IMG/VR virus record: IMGVR_UViG_3300005758_000180 | Span: 1 to 24,900 of that record | Origin: a virus | Taxonomy: Duplodnaviria; Caudoviricetes | Reading direction: 5' to 3' (one strand) | Length of the DNA stretch: 24,900 bases | In this document: in pieces, positions 8,538 through 17,664 of the stretch | Position numbering within the stretch: the stretch's first letter is position 1 | Layout of the letters: each line of letters opens with the position of its first letter | The notes under the pieces: model-generated | What the model was told of the DNA's origin: nothing | What the model saw: only the letters and a program-made list of their open reading frames with translations | Database searches by the model: none | Made by a program: the position numbers and the translations under genes

Positions 8538-9655
8538 AATGTATCAATTTTGTTTTTGTTAATATAAATGTTTTTTACTTTAGACTGACTTTTATTTAAC
8601 CAATTTTCTTCAATAGTGTTTTTACAGTATATTCTAATAATTATTGATTCTTTTTTATTTTTTTCAAGTCTTACTACTCTACCTGTTCTTTGAATAAATT
8701 GTTTTTCTTTAGAAGTATTAGCTAATATTATAGCAAACTGTAATCTTGGTAATGTAACACCTTCATCTAAAGTCATTGCACTAGATAATATTTTTTCTTT
8801 AGTTCTACCATCTGAAAAAAGTTTTATTACTTCTGTTCTTTTTTTAGAAGTTAAACCACTATGATGTACTAAAGAATTTTCTACTATTTTTTGTACTTTT
8901 TCTGCTGATTTTTTTGATTGTGTAAATATAATACCATAAGAATTAAAATATTTTTTAATTTCTTCTAATAATTTATATTTGTTAGAAGCATCATAAATTA
9001 AATTTTTTCTTTGTCCTATTAAATCCCAAGCATTGTAACCTTTTATAGAAGCTTCATTAATTTTATTAGATAAAAATGTATATCTTTTATTTTCATTCTT
9101 TGTTAAATTAACACCTATATTATAAACTTTAAAATTGTTTATTAATTCTAATTCTAAAGCTTTTTTAATATTCATCTGATAAATAATAGGACATTTTTGT
9201 TCAATAAATAATTGATGAAAATGTTCTCCAGGAATACTTGCCGATAAACATATTTTTCTTTTAAAAATATTATTTTTAAATACATTATAAAAAGTATTTC
9301 CTAAATAATTATGAACCTCATCAAAAATACCAATACTATAATTTCTGTTTTTATATTTACTACAAGTATTAACACATTGAATATCAACGTGTTTTAATAT
9401 ATGCAGCATTTTCCATTTTTTAAATTCTTTAACCCATTCTTTTTTAATTTCAGTAGTAGGAGTTACAATTAAAACAGAAAATTTGTCAATGTTAATATTA
9501 GAAACAATAGCTTGATTGTAAATTAAATTTATTGCATCTAATCCTACTTCACATTTACCAAAACCAGTTACAGCATTTATAGTTCCTTGATAATTATTTT
9601 TAATCCACGCTTGAATTGCTTTACTTTGTTCATTTATTTTATTTTCAATCTTCAT
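8528..9655 (-). CDS. Superfamily 2 (DExH, ResIII/UvsW/XPB-like) helicase
   Basis: Motif I AVTGFGK, Ia IVTPT, II IFDEVH, III LSAS, V LDEGVTLP and VI QRTGRVVR. Start moved to MKIENK (9655) to limit overlap. Confidence 0.88.
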   Translation of the reverse strand: MKIENKINEQSKAIQAWIKNNYQGTINAVTGFGKCEVGLDAINLIYNQAIVSNINIDKFSVLIVTPTTEIKKEWVKEFKKWKMLHILKHVDIQCVNTCSKYKNRNYSIGIFDEVHNYLGNTFYNVFKNNIFKRKICLSASIPGEHFHQLFIEQKCPIIYQMNIKKALELELINNFKVYNIGVNLTKNENKRYTFLSNKINEASIKGYNAWDLIGQRKNLIYDASNKYKLLEEIKKYFNSYGIIFTQSKKSAEKVQKIVENSLVHHSGLTSKKRTEVIKLFSDGRTKEKILSSAMTLDEGVTLPRLQFAIILANTSKEKQFIQRTGRVVRLEKNKKESIIIRIYCKNTIEENWLNKSQSKVKNIYINKNKIDTLWI

Positions 9656-10082
9656 TTTCAATAAAATTAAACTTACTTTTAAACGAAACATTGTTACAAT
9701 TAACTATAAATTCTATATTAATTGCTTCTTTTAATTCATTAATTGAATAATATTTATTTTCTTCAATATTAAGTATTTTAATTGTATCGTTTTGAAAAAC
9801 ACTTTTAAAATCTAAACCTTTTATTAATTTAAAATTTAATAAAATTTTATTTGTCTTTATTTGAGAATCATATTCATCTTTGTAAATATAATTAAAAATG
9901 TTGTTAGATGTAATAGATTTTAGATTTAAAACACTTAAAGAATTAAAAAAAATATTTCCAAATACTTCTTTAATTAATTCTATGTTTTCTGGTATTTTTA
10001 GAATTTCATCTATGTTTAAAAAACAATTTTCTAATAATTTTTTTATTTCAGTATCTTTATTCATATTTTTTATTTTTTCCAA
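9645..10082 (-). CDS. Hypothetical protein
   Basis: 145-aa ORF packed between polA and the SF2 helicase. Confidence 0.6.
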   Translation of the reverse strand: MEKIKNMNKDTEIKKLLENCFLNIDEILKIPENIELIKEVFGNIFFNSLSVLNLKSITSNNIFNYIYKDEYDSQIKTNKILLNFKLIKGLDFKSVFQNDTIKILNIEENKYYSINELKEAINIEFIVNCNNVSFKSKFNFIENED

Positions 10083-11950
10083 TAATCATTAACATAACAA
10101 TCTGCTTTAATAGGTACATTTTTAATATATTTTTTAGCAGTAGAAACCATAATTTCTTCTAATTTAACTTTCCATTCTTCAGATTGATTTTCAATGCACA
10201 TTGTGTTAATTTCATCATACACAGATAATAATATTTTAGCATCCCAATTATTGTTTTCAATTTCTTTTTGAACATTAATTAAAGCTGCTTTTATAATATC
10301 TGCGTTCATTCCTTGAATTGGTGTATTATAAGATTTTCTACTTATTGAGCCTTCTATATTACTATCATTATTTTTAATATAATATTGAAAATCGTTAAAA
10401 TATCTAATCCTGTTAAATGGCGGTGGTGTATGAATAAAACCTTTTTTTAAACCAAATTTTGCCATTTTTTCTAAAAATTTAGAAACTGTAGGTACATTAG
10501 ATTTAAAAGCTGTAATGATTTTTAAAGCTTCTTGTTTACTTATATTTAATCTATCTGACAATTTAAATTCTGACATGCCATAGGCAATACCAAAATTTAT
10601 TGTTTTTTGTACGTCTCTATAAGTTAAAGAAGGGTTATATGGAAATTGCTTTTTTACATCTTCAATAGGTATATTAAAAGTAGCTGCACATAATTTACTA
10701 TGCAAATCTTCTCCATTATTTAAAGCAGAAACCCATACATCATCATTTGATAAATCAGCTATTATACAAAGTTCCATACCACTATAATCACCACCTACCC
10801 ATTTATATCCTTTATCAGCAATAAAAGCACTTCTAATAAGAGGTCCTAATTCACCTTTTGAAGGAATGTTTAATAAATTAGGATTTTTACATGATATTCT
10901 TCCTGTTTCAACTATTTGCCAAAAATCTGGATGTATTTTATTAGTTTTTTTATTTATTATATCAATAATATTAGTACCAAAACTAGAATTTAATTTAGAA
11001 AGTTTATTGTACTCTAAAAGATTTTTAACTAATTCATTAGATTTATTTTTATTTAAAACTTCAGCATTAGTAGATGTTATATTTAAACCTAATTTTTTTA
11101 AAACATCAAGTTTTTGTTTTGAAGATTTCCAGTTAATTTTAATGATTCTTTCTTCAAAACCAAATAAATTTAATTGTCTTTCTTTAGGAACAAATTTTGA
11201 TAATTTATTAGAAGAAATAACAATATTATCCAAAGATTGTTCAATTTTAGTTAATTCTTCTTTTACTTTATCATTGATATTTTTCCATTTATTAATATCT
11301 AAAGTAACACCATTAAATTCCATTAAAGCAAATACTTTAACTACTTCATTTTCTAATTTAACAGTTTCAAAGTAATCAACTTTTAAATTTATTCTATCAT
11401 TTTCAATTTTTTCAAGTTGAATGTTTTTAATCTTTTTTAAATATTTTACATCTTCAGCAGCATAAAGAATAGCTCTTTCTGTTAAACCTTGTGTAAGTAT
11501 TTCATTTCTAACAGATTTATCTAATTTTATATTTAAATATTTATTACATAAATAATCTAAATTAAAAGGAGTTTCTTTACCGTTAGTTATTACTTGCTCT
11601 ACTAATTGCGTGCAATATACATTTTTTAATAATATGTTGTTAGCCATTAAAAATTTGTAATCAAATTTAACATTATGGGCTATAAACAATTTATTAGAAG
11701 AGTTTAAATAATCAATTAAGAATGAATTGTTAATTGTACTAAAATCAAATATAAATTGATGTTCATCAGTACCTAATTGAATACACAATAAATTATCTGT
11801 ATGGCAATCTAATCCAGTAGTTTCAGTATCAATTTCTAATTCATTTCCTGTATAATTATTTAATAGTTCTATAGCTTTTTCTGGTTTTGTTATAATAACA
11901 AAATTATCAGAATAAAATAATCTTTGGTTTTTTGTTATTAAATATATCAT
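10070..11950 (-). CDS. polA: Family A DNA polymerase with 3'-5' exonuclease (no 5' nuclease domain)
   Basis: Exo I DTETTGL, Exo II HNVKFD, Exo III YAAED; TGRISC.NPNLLNIP; motif A DYSGMEL; motif B RDVQKTINFGIAYG; NTPIQG; motif C VYDE. Confidence 0.96.
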   Translation of the reverse strand: MIYLITKNQRLFYSDNFVIITKPEKAIELLNNYTGNELEIDTETTGLDCHTDNLLCIQLGTDEHQFIFDFSTINNSFLIDYLNSSNKLFIAHNVKFDYKFLMANNILLKNVYCTQLVEQVITNGKETPFNLDYLCNKYLNIKLDKSVRNEILTQGLTERAILYAAEDVKYLKKIKNIQLEKIENDRINLKVDYFETVKLENEVVKVFALMEFNGVTLDINKWKNINDKVKEELTKIEQSLDNIVISSNKLSKFVPKERQLNLFGFEERIIKINWKSSKQKLDVLKKLGLNITSTNAEVLNKNKSNELVKNLLEYNKLSKLNSSFGTNIIDIINKKTNKIHPDFWQIVETGRISCKNPNLLNIPSKGELGPLIRSAFIADKGYKWVGGDYSGMELCIIADLSNDDVWVSALNNGEDLHSKLCAATFNIPIEDVKKQFPYNPSLTYRDVQKTINFGIAYGMSEFKLSDRLNISKQEALKIITAFKSNVPTVSKFLEKMAKFGLKKGFIHTPPPFNRIRYFNDFQYYIKNNDSNIEGSISRKSYNTPIQGMNADIIKAALINVQKEIENNNWDAKILLSVYDEINTMCIENQSEEWKVKLEEIMVSTAKKYIKNVPIKADCYVNDYWKK

Positions 11951-11964
11951 ACAATAAAAAAAAT

Positions 11965-11989
11965 AAAAAGGGAGGAATTAACCTCCCTT
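11965..11989 (-). terminator. Intrinsic terminator
   Basis: AAGGGAGG-aattaa-CCTCCCTT stem with long T-runs downstream on the minus strand. Confidence 0.75.
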
Positions 11990-12010
11990 AACTTCACAAC
12001 AAAATAAATA

Positions 12011-12331
12011 TTAGAACCTTTCGTTAAAGATTTCTTCTAATAATTGTAATTCTTTTTCTATAGCAATTACAGTTAATTTAGATTCAACTAATGTGTTAGG
12101 ATTTACATTAGGAGTTTTAGATTGAGCTTCAACTACTGTTTTAGCTTCTTTTACTTTTTTCTTATGTAAATGAATACAATTAATAAAATCTAATTTATTA
12201 TCTTCTACTGCACTTACTAATGAATCCATAGCTTTTGCTACTTCATCTTTACCTAATTCAGCTGTTGCTAAATCTAATACTTTTTTTGAATTTGCTGCTA
12301 CTTGAGCTGCTGCATTTGTTTGATTTTCCAT
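12011..12331 (-). CDS. Hypothetical alpha-helical/coiled-coil protein
   Basis: 106-aa ORF followed by its own terminator. Confidence 0.75.
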   Translation of the reverse strand: MENQTNAAAQVAANSKKVLDLATAELGKDEVAKAMDSLVSAVEDNKLDFINCIHLHKKKVKEAKTVVEAQSKTPNVNPNTLVESKLTVIAIEKELQLLEEIFNERF

Positions 12332-12341
12332 CTTCTTTTGT

Positions 12342-12884
12342 TTAATAAAAGTTTAATTTAAATAAGTTTCTGATAAATGTTGTGTTTTTTGTCTCTACAT
12401 TTTTAGACATTGTAGTTTGATTTTCTTTGAATTTATTTTCTATTGATTCAAATTCATCTTGCTTTACTTGTGTTAATTGTTGTGAAGATTTTATTTTATT
12501 GTATTCTTCTAATAAATTTTTATCAAATTCAGTTTTATTTAAATTGATATTTAATTTATTTTCTATTTCTTTTTTTTTAGATTCTTCAAATAACTTTTCT
12601 GCTTCATCAAATGGATTAGAACCTATCATAGTAAAATTATTTTTACTGTTATCAATTTCATAATCATCATCATCTTCTTCATCATAGTCATTAAATTCAT
12701 CTTGGTCTTCATCATAATAATCTTCATCTTCTTCACAAGTACAGTCATTTAAATCTCTGTTACAATCTTCGCAAAGATGATGTTCTATTAATCCTAAATC
12801 TTTAGCTTCAATTGCTAAAGGGTCAACATTTGAATTTTTATTTGTTTCTTCAAATGCTTTTTCAATTTCATCAAATTTATTCAT
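12342..12884 (-). CDS. Hypothetical acidic protein with a Cys cluster
   Basis: HHLCEDCNRDLNDCTC followed by a long D/E tract. Confidence 0.65.
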   Translation of the reverse strand: MNKFDEIEKAFEETNKNSNVDPLAIEAKDLGLIEHHLCEDCNRDLNDCTCEEDEDYYDEDQDEFNDYDEEDDDDYEIDNSKNNFTMIGSNPFDEAEKLFEESKKKEIENKLNINLNKTEFDKNLLEEYNKIKSSQQLTQVKQDEFESIENKFKENQTTMSKNVETKNTTFIRNLFKLNFY

Positions 12885-13149
12885 AATTTTCTATTTTAAA
12901 TTCATCTGTAAATTTAATAAATTCTTCTTTATCAAGAAGTAATTCTTCTTTTAAATCTAAATTAAAGTTACACTCAATAGCTTTTAATACTTGATTTATG
13001 TTAGTACAATAAGTACATTCATTTAAAAAATCAATAGCTTTATAAGGGTCATTAAATTCTTTTGATTGTTTTTCATCAGTTAATGTATCTAATTGTGCAT
13101 TATGTAATCCGCATATATCTACTAAAAATTCAACTTTTATACTTTTCAT
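12877..13149 (-). CDS. Hypothetical protein
   Basis: ORF with start/stop overlaps. Confidence 0.65.
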   Translation of the reverse strand: MKSIKVEFLVDICGLHNAQLDTLTDEKQSKEFNDPYKAIDFLNECTYCTNINQVLKAIECNFNLDLKEELLLDKEEFIKFTDEFKIENYE

Positions 13150-13421
13150 AAATCTAATTTTTTAATTAAATTATTTAACATTTCTAAATTATTTTTTATT
13201 TCTTCAACAGAATTTAATGCTTTTTCTTTACTTTTTTTTATATCTTCACTTTCATCAAAATCTGGATTAATTATTTTTATTACTTCTAAAATTTTTTCAG
13301 TGTCATTAAATTTTTTTATTGATTCTAAATAATGTTCCCTATTAGATTTTAAAAGTTTTAATAAATAATTATATTCTTCTACACTAACATTATTATTTTC
13401 TAGAATTTTTAATATGCTCAT
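13146..13421 (-). CDS. Hypothetical protein (coiled-coil)
   Basis: ORF with an ATGA overlap. Confidence 0.65.
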   Translation of the reverse strand: MSILKILENNNVSVEEYNYLLKLLKSNREHYLESIKKFNDTEKILEVIKIINPDFDESEDIKKSKEKALNSVEEIKNNLEMLNNLIKKLDL

Positions 13422-13524
13422 TATGTTTTTTCTTTAATTGTTTGAGTAATTCTTTTTCTTCTTTAGTTTTTTTAAAAACTGATTGGTCTACTAATTTATT
13501 AGTATTAATTATTATATTTTCCAT
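13393..13524 (-). CDS. Small basic hypothetical protein (43 aa)
   Basis: Manual translation MENIIINTNKLVDQSVFKKTKEEKELLKQLKKKHNEHIKNSRK; fills a gap in the operon. Confidence 0.5.
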   Translation of the reverse strand: MENIIINTNKLVDQSVFKKTKEEKELLKQLKKKHNEHIKNSRK

Positions 13525-13877
13525 GAGTAATTATTAATAAAATGTGTTATAAAATCTAATATATCTTTATCTGTAGATATGTTTTCTGGATTATTTGATA
13601 TTTTTTCTTTTAAATTTGGATTATTTTTTAAAGATGTGTAAAACCAACAAACAAAATCTAATCTTTCTTTATCTGATTTCCAATTACCTAATTTATTCCA
13701 TGTAATATAATCAAAATTTATTTCTTTTACTGTAGAATATTTTAACATATTAATGTAAACATCTAATTGTTCTTCATTAAAAAAAGTTATTATTCTTCCT
13801 TTTAATTTATAACCATCTTTTTTATATTCTGGTGAAAATAATAATTCTTTAAAAAATTCTTTAATTGCTTTAAACAT
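13512..13877 (-). CDS. Hypothetical protein
   Basis: 121-aa ORF in the operon. Confidence 0.65.
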   Translation of the reverse strand: MFKAIKEFFKELLFSPEYKKDGYKLKGRIITFFNEEQLDVYINMLKYSTVKEINFDYITWNKLGNWKSDKERLDFVCWFYTSLKNNPNLKEKISNNPENISTDKDILDFITHFINNYSWKI

Positions 13878-14172
13878 CTTTTACAAATTTACCGTTAATC
13901 ATTTTACCTGTTCTTTTGCTAATTACTTCATAAGCTGAATTAATACAATCTTCTATAGTTAAACCTTTTAAAGCAGCAAGATTAGTTAATACTACAGCAC
14001 AATCACCAATAGCATCTTTAAACTCTTCTTCATTTTCATTTTTAATAGATGTTCTTAGTTCTTCTACTTCTTCTATTAATTTTTCAAATTGTTTTTTAAG
14101 AGTAGATTGTTGTAAAATACCTTTATTACTTGCCCATAATCTAATAGGCTCAAATTCATTAGTTAGTTTCAT
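13870..14172 (-). CDS. MazG-like nucleotide pyrophosphohydrolase
   Basis: KLIEEVEEL...DAIGD (ExxE..D..D) motif and C-terminal AYEVISKRTGKMINGKFVKD, typical of phage MazG-like proteins. Confidence 0.88.
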   Translation of the reverse strand: MKLTNEFEPIRLWASNKGILQQSTLKKQFEKLIEEVEELRTSIKNENEEEFKDAIGDCAVVLTNLAALKGLTIEDCINSAYEVISKRTGKMINGKFVKDV

Positions 14173-14375
14173 CTTAATTTTTTATAAGTTCTTATTTCTT
14201 CTATTTCAATATTAATGTCAAACATTTTTGATTCATCATAGCTAACAGGATTAATTATTATTTCTTCTTCATTTAATTCTTTAAAAAATCCGCAATAATC
14301 AATTCCTGTTATAGTATTTATTAAAACTAAATCATTATGTTTAACGTGCATTTTAAAGCGCATTAAATCTTTCAT
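14169..14375 (-). CDS. Hypothetical protein (small beta-barrel-like)
   Basis: 68-aa coupled ORF. Confidence 0.6.
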   Translation of the reverse strand: MKDLMRFKMHVKHNDLVLINTITGIDYCGFFKELNEEEIIINPVSYDESKMFDINIEIEEIRTYKKLR

Positions 14376-14602
14376 TAATAATTTAATCCTACTAAAAATC
14401 CTCTGTTATAACCATGAGTATAAGAATCTTCTCCTATTCTTGGTATAGGACACATTGGTGGTGGAGGTGGCATACAACTATATGTGTTACTTTTATAGCA
14501 ATAACCATTCTTAAAACCATTGTAAAATCCTTCACAATAAGCATCGCTATAGTTACTAGAAGTTAATCCTAATAACAATACAATTAAAACAATAAATCTC
14601 AT
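14375..14602 (-). CDS. Small secreted Cys/Pro-rich protein
   Basis: Signal-peptide-like MRFIVLIVLLLGLTSS, four Cys, a PPPPP tract and repeated G(F/Y)xxG(F/Y). Confidence 0.7.
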   Translation of the reverse strand: MRFIVLIVLLLGLTSSNYSDAYCEGFYNGFKNGYCYKSNTYSCMPPPPPMCPIPRIGEDSYTHGYNRGFLVGLNY

Positions 14603-14988
14603 AAAAATTTCTTTTTTACTTCAGTTAATAATTTATCTAAACTTTCTGCATCAATAGATTGAATAATTAAAGCATCTGATATAGATTTTACAGAAGTATG
14701 AATTTTATAGCTATTTAAAAACTTTTCTACTTCAGGAATTAATTTAAAAGATTGTTCTACGTAATTTTCTATTACATTTTTATAATATAAATTACCAGAA
14801 GCAAATAATCTATTTTTTTCAAACTTTTCTCTTATAGAAAAAGATTCTTTTCTAAATTTAGCTATATCTTTAGAATACTTTTCACGTAATTCTTTTAATT
14901 TAGCTTCAAAAATTTCTCTTTTTTCTTTTTGAATACTTGATGCTAAAGTTTCAGCTAAAACTTTAATTTGTGTTTGTGTTATCTTCAT
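14599..14988 (-). CDS. Hypothetical protein
   Basis: 129-aa helical ORF. Confidence 0.65.
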   Translation of the reverse strand: MKITQTQIKVLAETLASSIQKEKREIFEAKLKELREKYSKDIAKFRKESFSIREKFEKNRLFASGNLYYKNVIENYVEQSFKLIPEVEKFLNSYKIHTSVKSISDALIIQSIDAESLDKLLTEVKKKFL

Positions 14989-15745
14989 TTTTTAAAATTT
15001 TAAAGTGTATTAACATTTTACGTACTTCTTCTACTAAATCATCAATGCTTCCATTATTATTTATTACATAATCAAATTCAGCATTGTTTAAATCATTTTC
15101 AGATATATGATTCATTGATTCTACATTATCATTTAGTATTTTAACTATATAATTTTTTTTAGTTTTATTTCTTATGAAATTATATTCGTCTTTAAATCTT
15201 AAATCTGTTATAATATAATGTTTACCTTTTTTTATCTGTTTGTCTACTAAGTCAATCCAGATATTAGGATTAATGTTATTTTTAAATAATTCAGTACCTA
15301 TTTTTTGCATCATTTGTCTGTATGTAGGTTTTATTAATACAAAATAATGTTCAGGTTCTCCTTCAGGAATTAAATTAAAAATTTGTTTTGATATTTTATT
15401 TTGGTAATACCAAAATTGTTCATCAACAAATGAGTTTTTAAAGTCTTGATTGTTAAAATTACTTTTAGCTTTATTAAATACAACAGAACAAATTTCTTTT
15501 AATTTATCAGCAAAAGCTAATTCAATCCATATTTTATTATACTTTTTTAAACCTAAAGAAAGTTTAGCAACATTAAAATCACACACAGCAAAATAGCAAT
15601 AATGACCTATAACCCAAGGTAGTCTACCTTGTTCAATTAGTCTTTTTTTTAAAGGCATTTGTGAATTACGTAATATTAAATACCTTATTATTTGAGCTAC
15701 AGTATTTTTACCTGAACCTGCTTTACCGTTTAGTGCTATCAGCAT
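14963..15745 (-). CDS. Deoxynucleoside monophosphate kinase (T4 gp1-like)
   Basis: LIALNGKAGSGKNT, FADKLKE, RQMMQKIGTE, IITDLRFKDE, HISE and INNNGSIDDL. Confidence 0.88.
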   Translation of the reverse strand: MLIALNGKAGSGKNTVAQIIRYLILRNSQMPLKKRLIEQGRLPWVIGHYCYFAVCDFNVAKLSLGLKKYNKIWIELAFADKLKEICSVVFNKAKSNFNNQDFKNSFVDEQFWYYQNKISKQIFNLIPEGEPEHYFVLIKPTYRQMMQKIGTELFKNNINPNIWIDLVDKQIKKGKHYIITDLRFKDEYNFIRNKTKKNYIVKILNDNVESMNHISENDLNNAEFDYVINNNGSIDDLVEEVRKMLIHFKILKNEDNTNTN

Positions 15746-16109
15746 ATTTTTTAATTAAATCTTTTAGTTTAATATCTTTTACAGAATCTGCTATTTTATC
15801 AATTAGTTCATCTACTATTTCATCTCCTAAAGCATCTCTCATAGAATTTTCTATGTTTTTTAATACTTTATAAGTATTTTCATTTACTTTATCTAAAGAT
15901 TTTAAAGTTTTATTTATTTTTTCTTTTTCTACATATTTTTTATTAGCAGGAGATAAAGTATCAAATTTATATTTAACTTTTTCAGAATGTAAATTTATTT
16001 TTCTTATTGTATCTAAACATCCTGTTAAATATATATTAGTTACAGCAGACATTGCAGCAAATACAGCTATATTATCTTTTTCTATTTCATCTAATATTAA
16101 TTTACTCAT
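15723..16109 (-). CDS. Hypothetical protein
   Basis: 128-aa ORF. Confidence 0.65.
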   Translation of the reverse strand: MSKLILDEIEKDNIAVFAAMSAVTNIYLTGCLDTIRKINLHSEKVKYKFDTLSPANKKYVEKEKINKTLKSLDKVNENTYKVLKNIENSMRDALGDEIVDELIDKIADSVKDIKLKDLIKKYADSTKR

Positions 16110-16678
16110 TATGAATTTATTATGTTTAAAAATTTTTCTTCATTATCAAATACTTTAATTATATAAGTTTTTAATTTTATATCATATTTTAAATCTTCAA
16201 AAGCTTTTATATAATGATAAATATTAGTTCTATCTACATTTATTTCTTTACATACTTCTCTTTCAGACATTAATAATTTTTTAAATAAAATAAAAGAAAT
16301 TATTTTTCTAGCGTAAACTAAATGTTCAATTCTTGATTTTGATTTTAATTCAATTAAAGTAATACCAATTTTATCACAAACAAATTTTATAATTTCATCT
16401 TTTTTATTTACACTAACAACAATGTCTAATCCTACAGCTATATAAGGATTTATTTTATTTTTAGACATAATATTTAATGCGTAATCAGAAGTATCGTTTA
16501 TAACTTCAATTTCTTCTTTATTTATTCTAGATAATACTTTTTTTGTTTTTCTTTTGTCTTGGTAAATAAAATAAGATTTATTTTGATTATTTGCCATTAC
16601 TTGATAAACTTCATTATTATATAAAATAGTATGACCTACTCTAATAACAATTCCTTTTTTATCTATTATTTTTTCCAT
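16109..16678 (-). CDS. DnaA C-terminal-like HTH protein with a YopX-like N-terminal region
   Basis: C-terminal ELKSKSR..HLVYARKI....INVDRTNIYHYIK resembles the DnaA domain IV/TrpR-like HTH. N-terminal DKKGIVIRVGHTI resembles YopX-like DkngkeIyeGDi. Confidence 0.65.
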   Translation of the reverse strand: MEKIIDKKGIVIRVGHTILYNNEVYQVMANNQNKSYFIYQDKRKTKKVLSRINKEEIEVINDTSDYALNIMSKNKINPYIAVGLDIVVSVNKKDEIIKFVCDKIGITLIELKSKSRIEHLVYARKIISFILFKKLLMSEREVCKEINVDRTNIYHYIKAFEDLKYDIKLKTYIIKVFDNEEKFLNIINS

Positions 16679-16892
16679 AAGTTTTATTAAAGTATTCTTT
16701 TAATTTATTTTCATAAATTGTTGTTTTGAATTCTTTTTCCCAATAATTACGACTTTCAGGTATTTCTAATATTTTATTAAGTTTAATTCTTATATGTTCG
16801 TGATATTCTAACTTTTGAACTTTAATTATTTTATAATTATGATGCGTTGAAAGTTGTAATGGTATTATTAATAATAAAATTAAATAATTCAT
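16659..16892 (-). CDS. Hypothetical protein with a hydrophobic N-terminus
   Basis: Begins MNYLILLLIIPLQL. Confidence 0.55.
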   Translation of the reverse strand: MNYLILLLIIPLQLSTHHNYKIIKVQKLEYHEHIRIKLNKILEIPESRNYWEKEFKTTIYENKLKEYFNKTYGKNNR

Positions 16893-16896
16893 TAAT

Positions 16897-17589
16897 TTAT
16901 TTTATTTTAGTTATTGATTTTATATCTTCTTTAAAAATAACTTTAGCTTTATCCGATTGATAACTAAAAGTTAGTGAAATTTCCCCAAAATTTTGTGTGA
17001 ATAATAAACCATAAATTTTCTCATTATTAATAGTAACTATCTCAACTATATCACCATTTTTAAACTCAGAAAAGTCTATTTTTGGTGTGGGTAGTTGGAC
17101 GTTTTTCCAACCAATACAATGAATATCCATATAATTACCTTTGAATTTCCCTGTAATTCTACGAAAATTTTTAGATACATCATAATCTTTCACTAACATT
17201 TCAACAGGTTCTGAAAACTCGCAAGTATCAGGCAATTCATCGAATTTACCCTCTTTGGCTAATTTTGTGTAAATAGCTTTTTGTAGATTTTCATCTTCAA
17301 TTTTTCTTTTGTTTTCTTTGTCAAATAAACTCATATTTTCTTTATTAATTTCTACATCGTTAACTTCCTCCCAAGAAAAATCAAAGCCATCAGGGAAATG
17401 TTTTTTAATTTCTTCGGTAATTGGTGGATGGTTGCCATTATAAATGGCATACCAAAATTTATCACTTGTTTCATCCCAATCAAAAGCATCTTCTAACATT
17501 TCTTTATAATCGTAATATTTATCCGTATTATTTTCCGCTAAATATTCAGTCATTCTTCTATATGGCTGTTTTAAATCTGCTATTTTCAT
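16897..17589 (-). CDS. Hypothetical multi-domain phage protein
   Basis: 230 aa with an AFDWDET..FWYAI block and an SH3-like C-terminus (FKNGDIVEIV). Confidence 0.75.
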   Translation of the reverse strand: MKIADLKQPYRRMTEYLAENNTDKYYDYKEMLEDAFDWDETSDKFWYAIYNGNHPPITEEIKKHFPDGFDFSWEEVNDVEINKENMSLFDKENKRKIEDENLQKAIYTKLAKEGKFDELPDTCEFSEPVEMLVKDYDVSKNFRRITGKFKGNYMDIHCIGWKNVQLPTPKIDFSEFKNGDIVEIVTINNEKIYGLLFTQNFGEISLTFSYQSDKAKVIFKEDIKSITKIK

Positions 17590-17611
17590 TTTATATTTTT
17601 TTTAAATAAAT

Positions 17612-17646
17612 AAAAAAGACTAGTAATAATAAATATTACTAGCCTT
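17612..17646 (-). terminator. Intrinsic terminator
   Basis: AAGACTAGTAATA/TATTACTAGCCTT stem (one G-U pair on the minus strand) followed by a T-run. Confidence 0.65.
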
Positions 17647-17664
17647 AAAAACAACACTATGGAA

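Noticed and set aside
9540-9580. GK-C after Walker A of the SF2 helicase, resembling an intein start
   Set aside because: Helicase motifs follow at normal spacing, with no insertion and no HN-C/S/T splice end.
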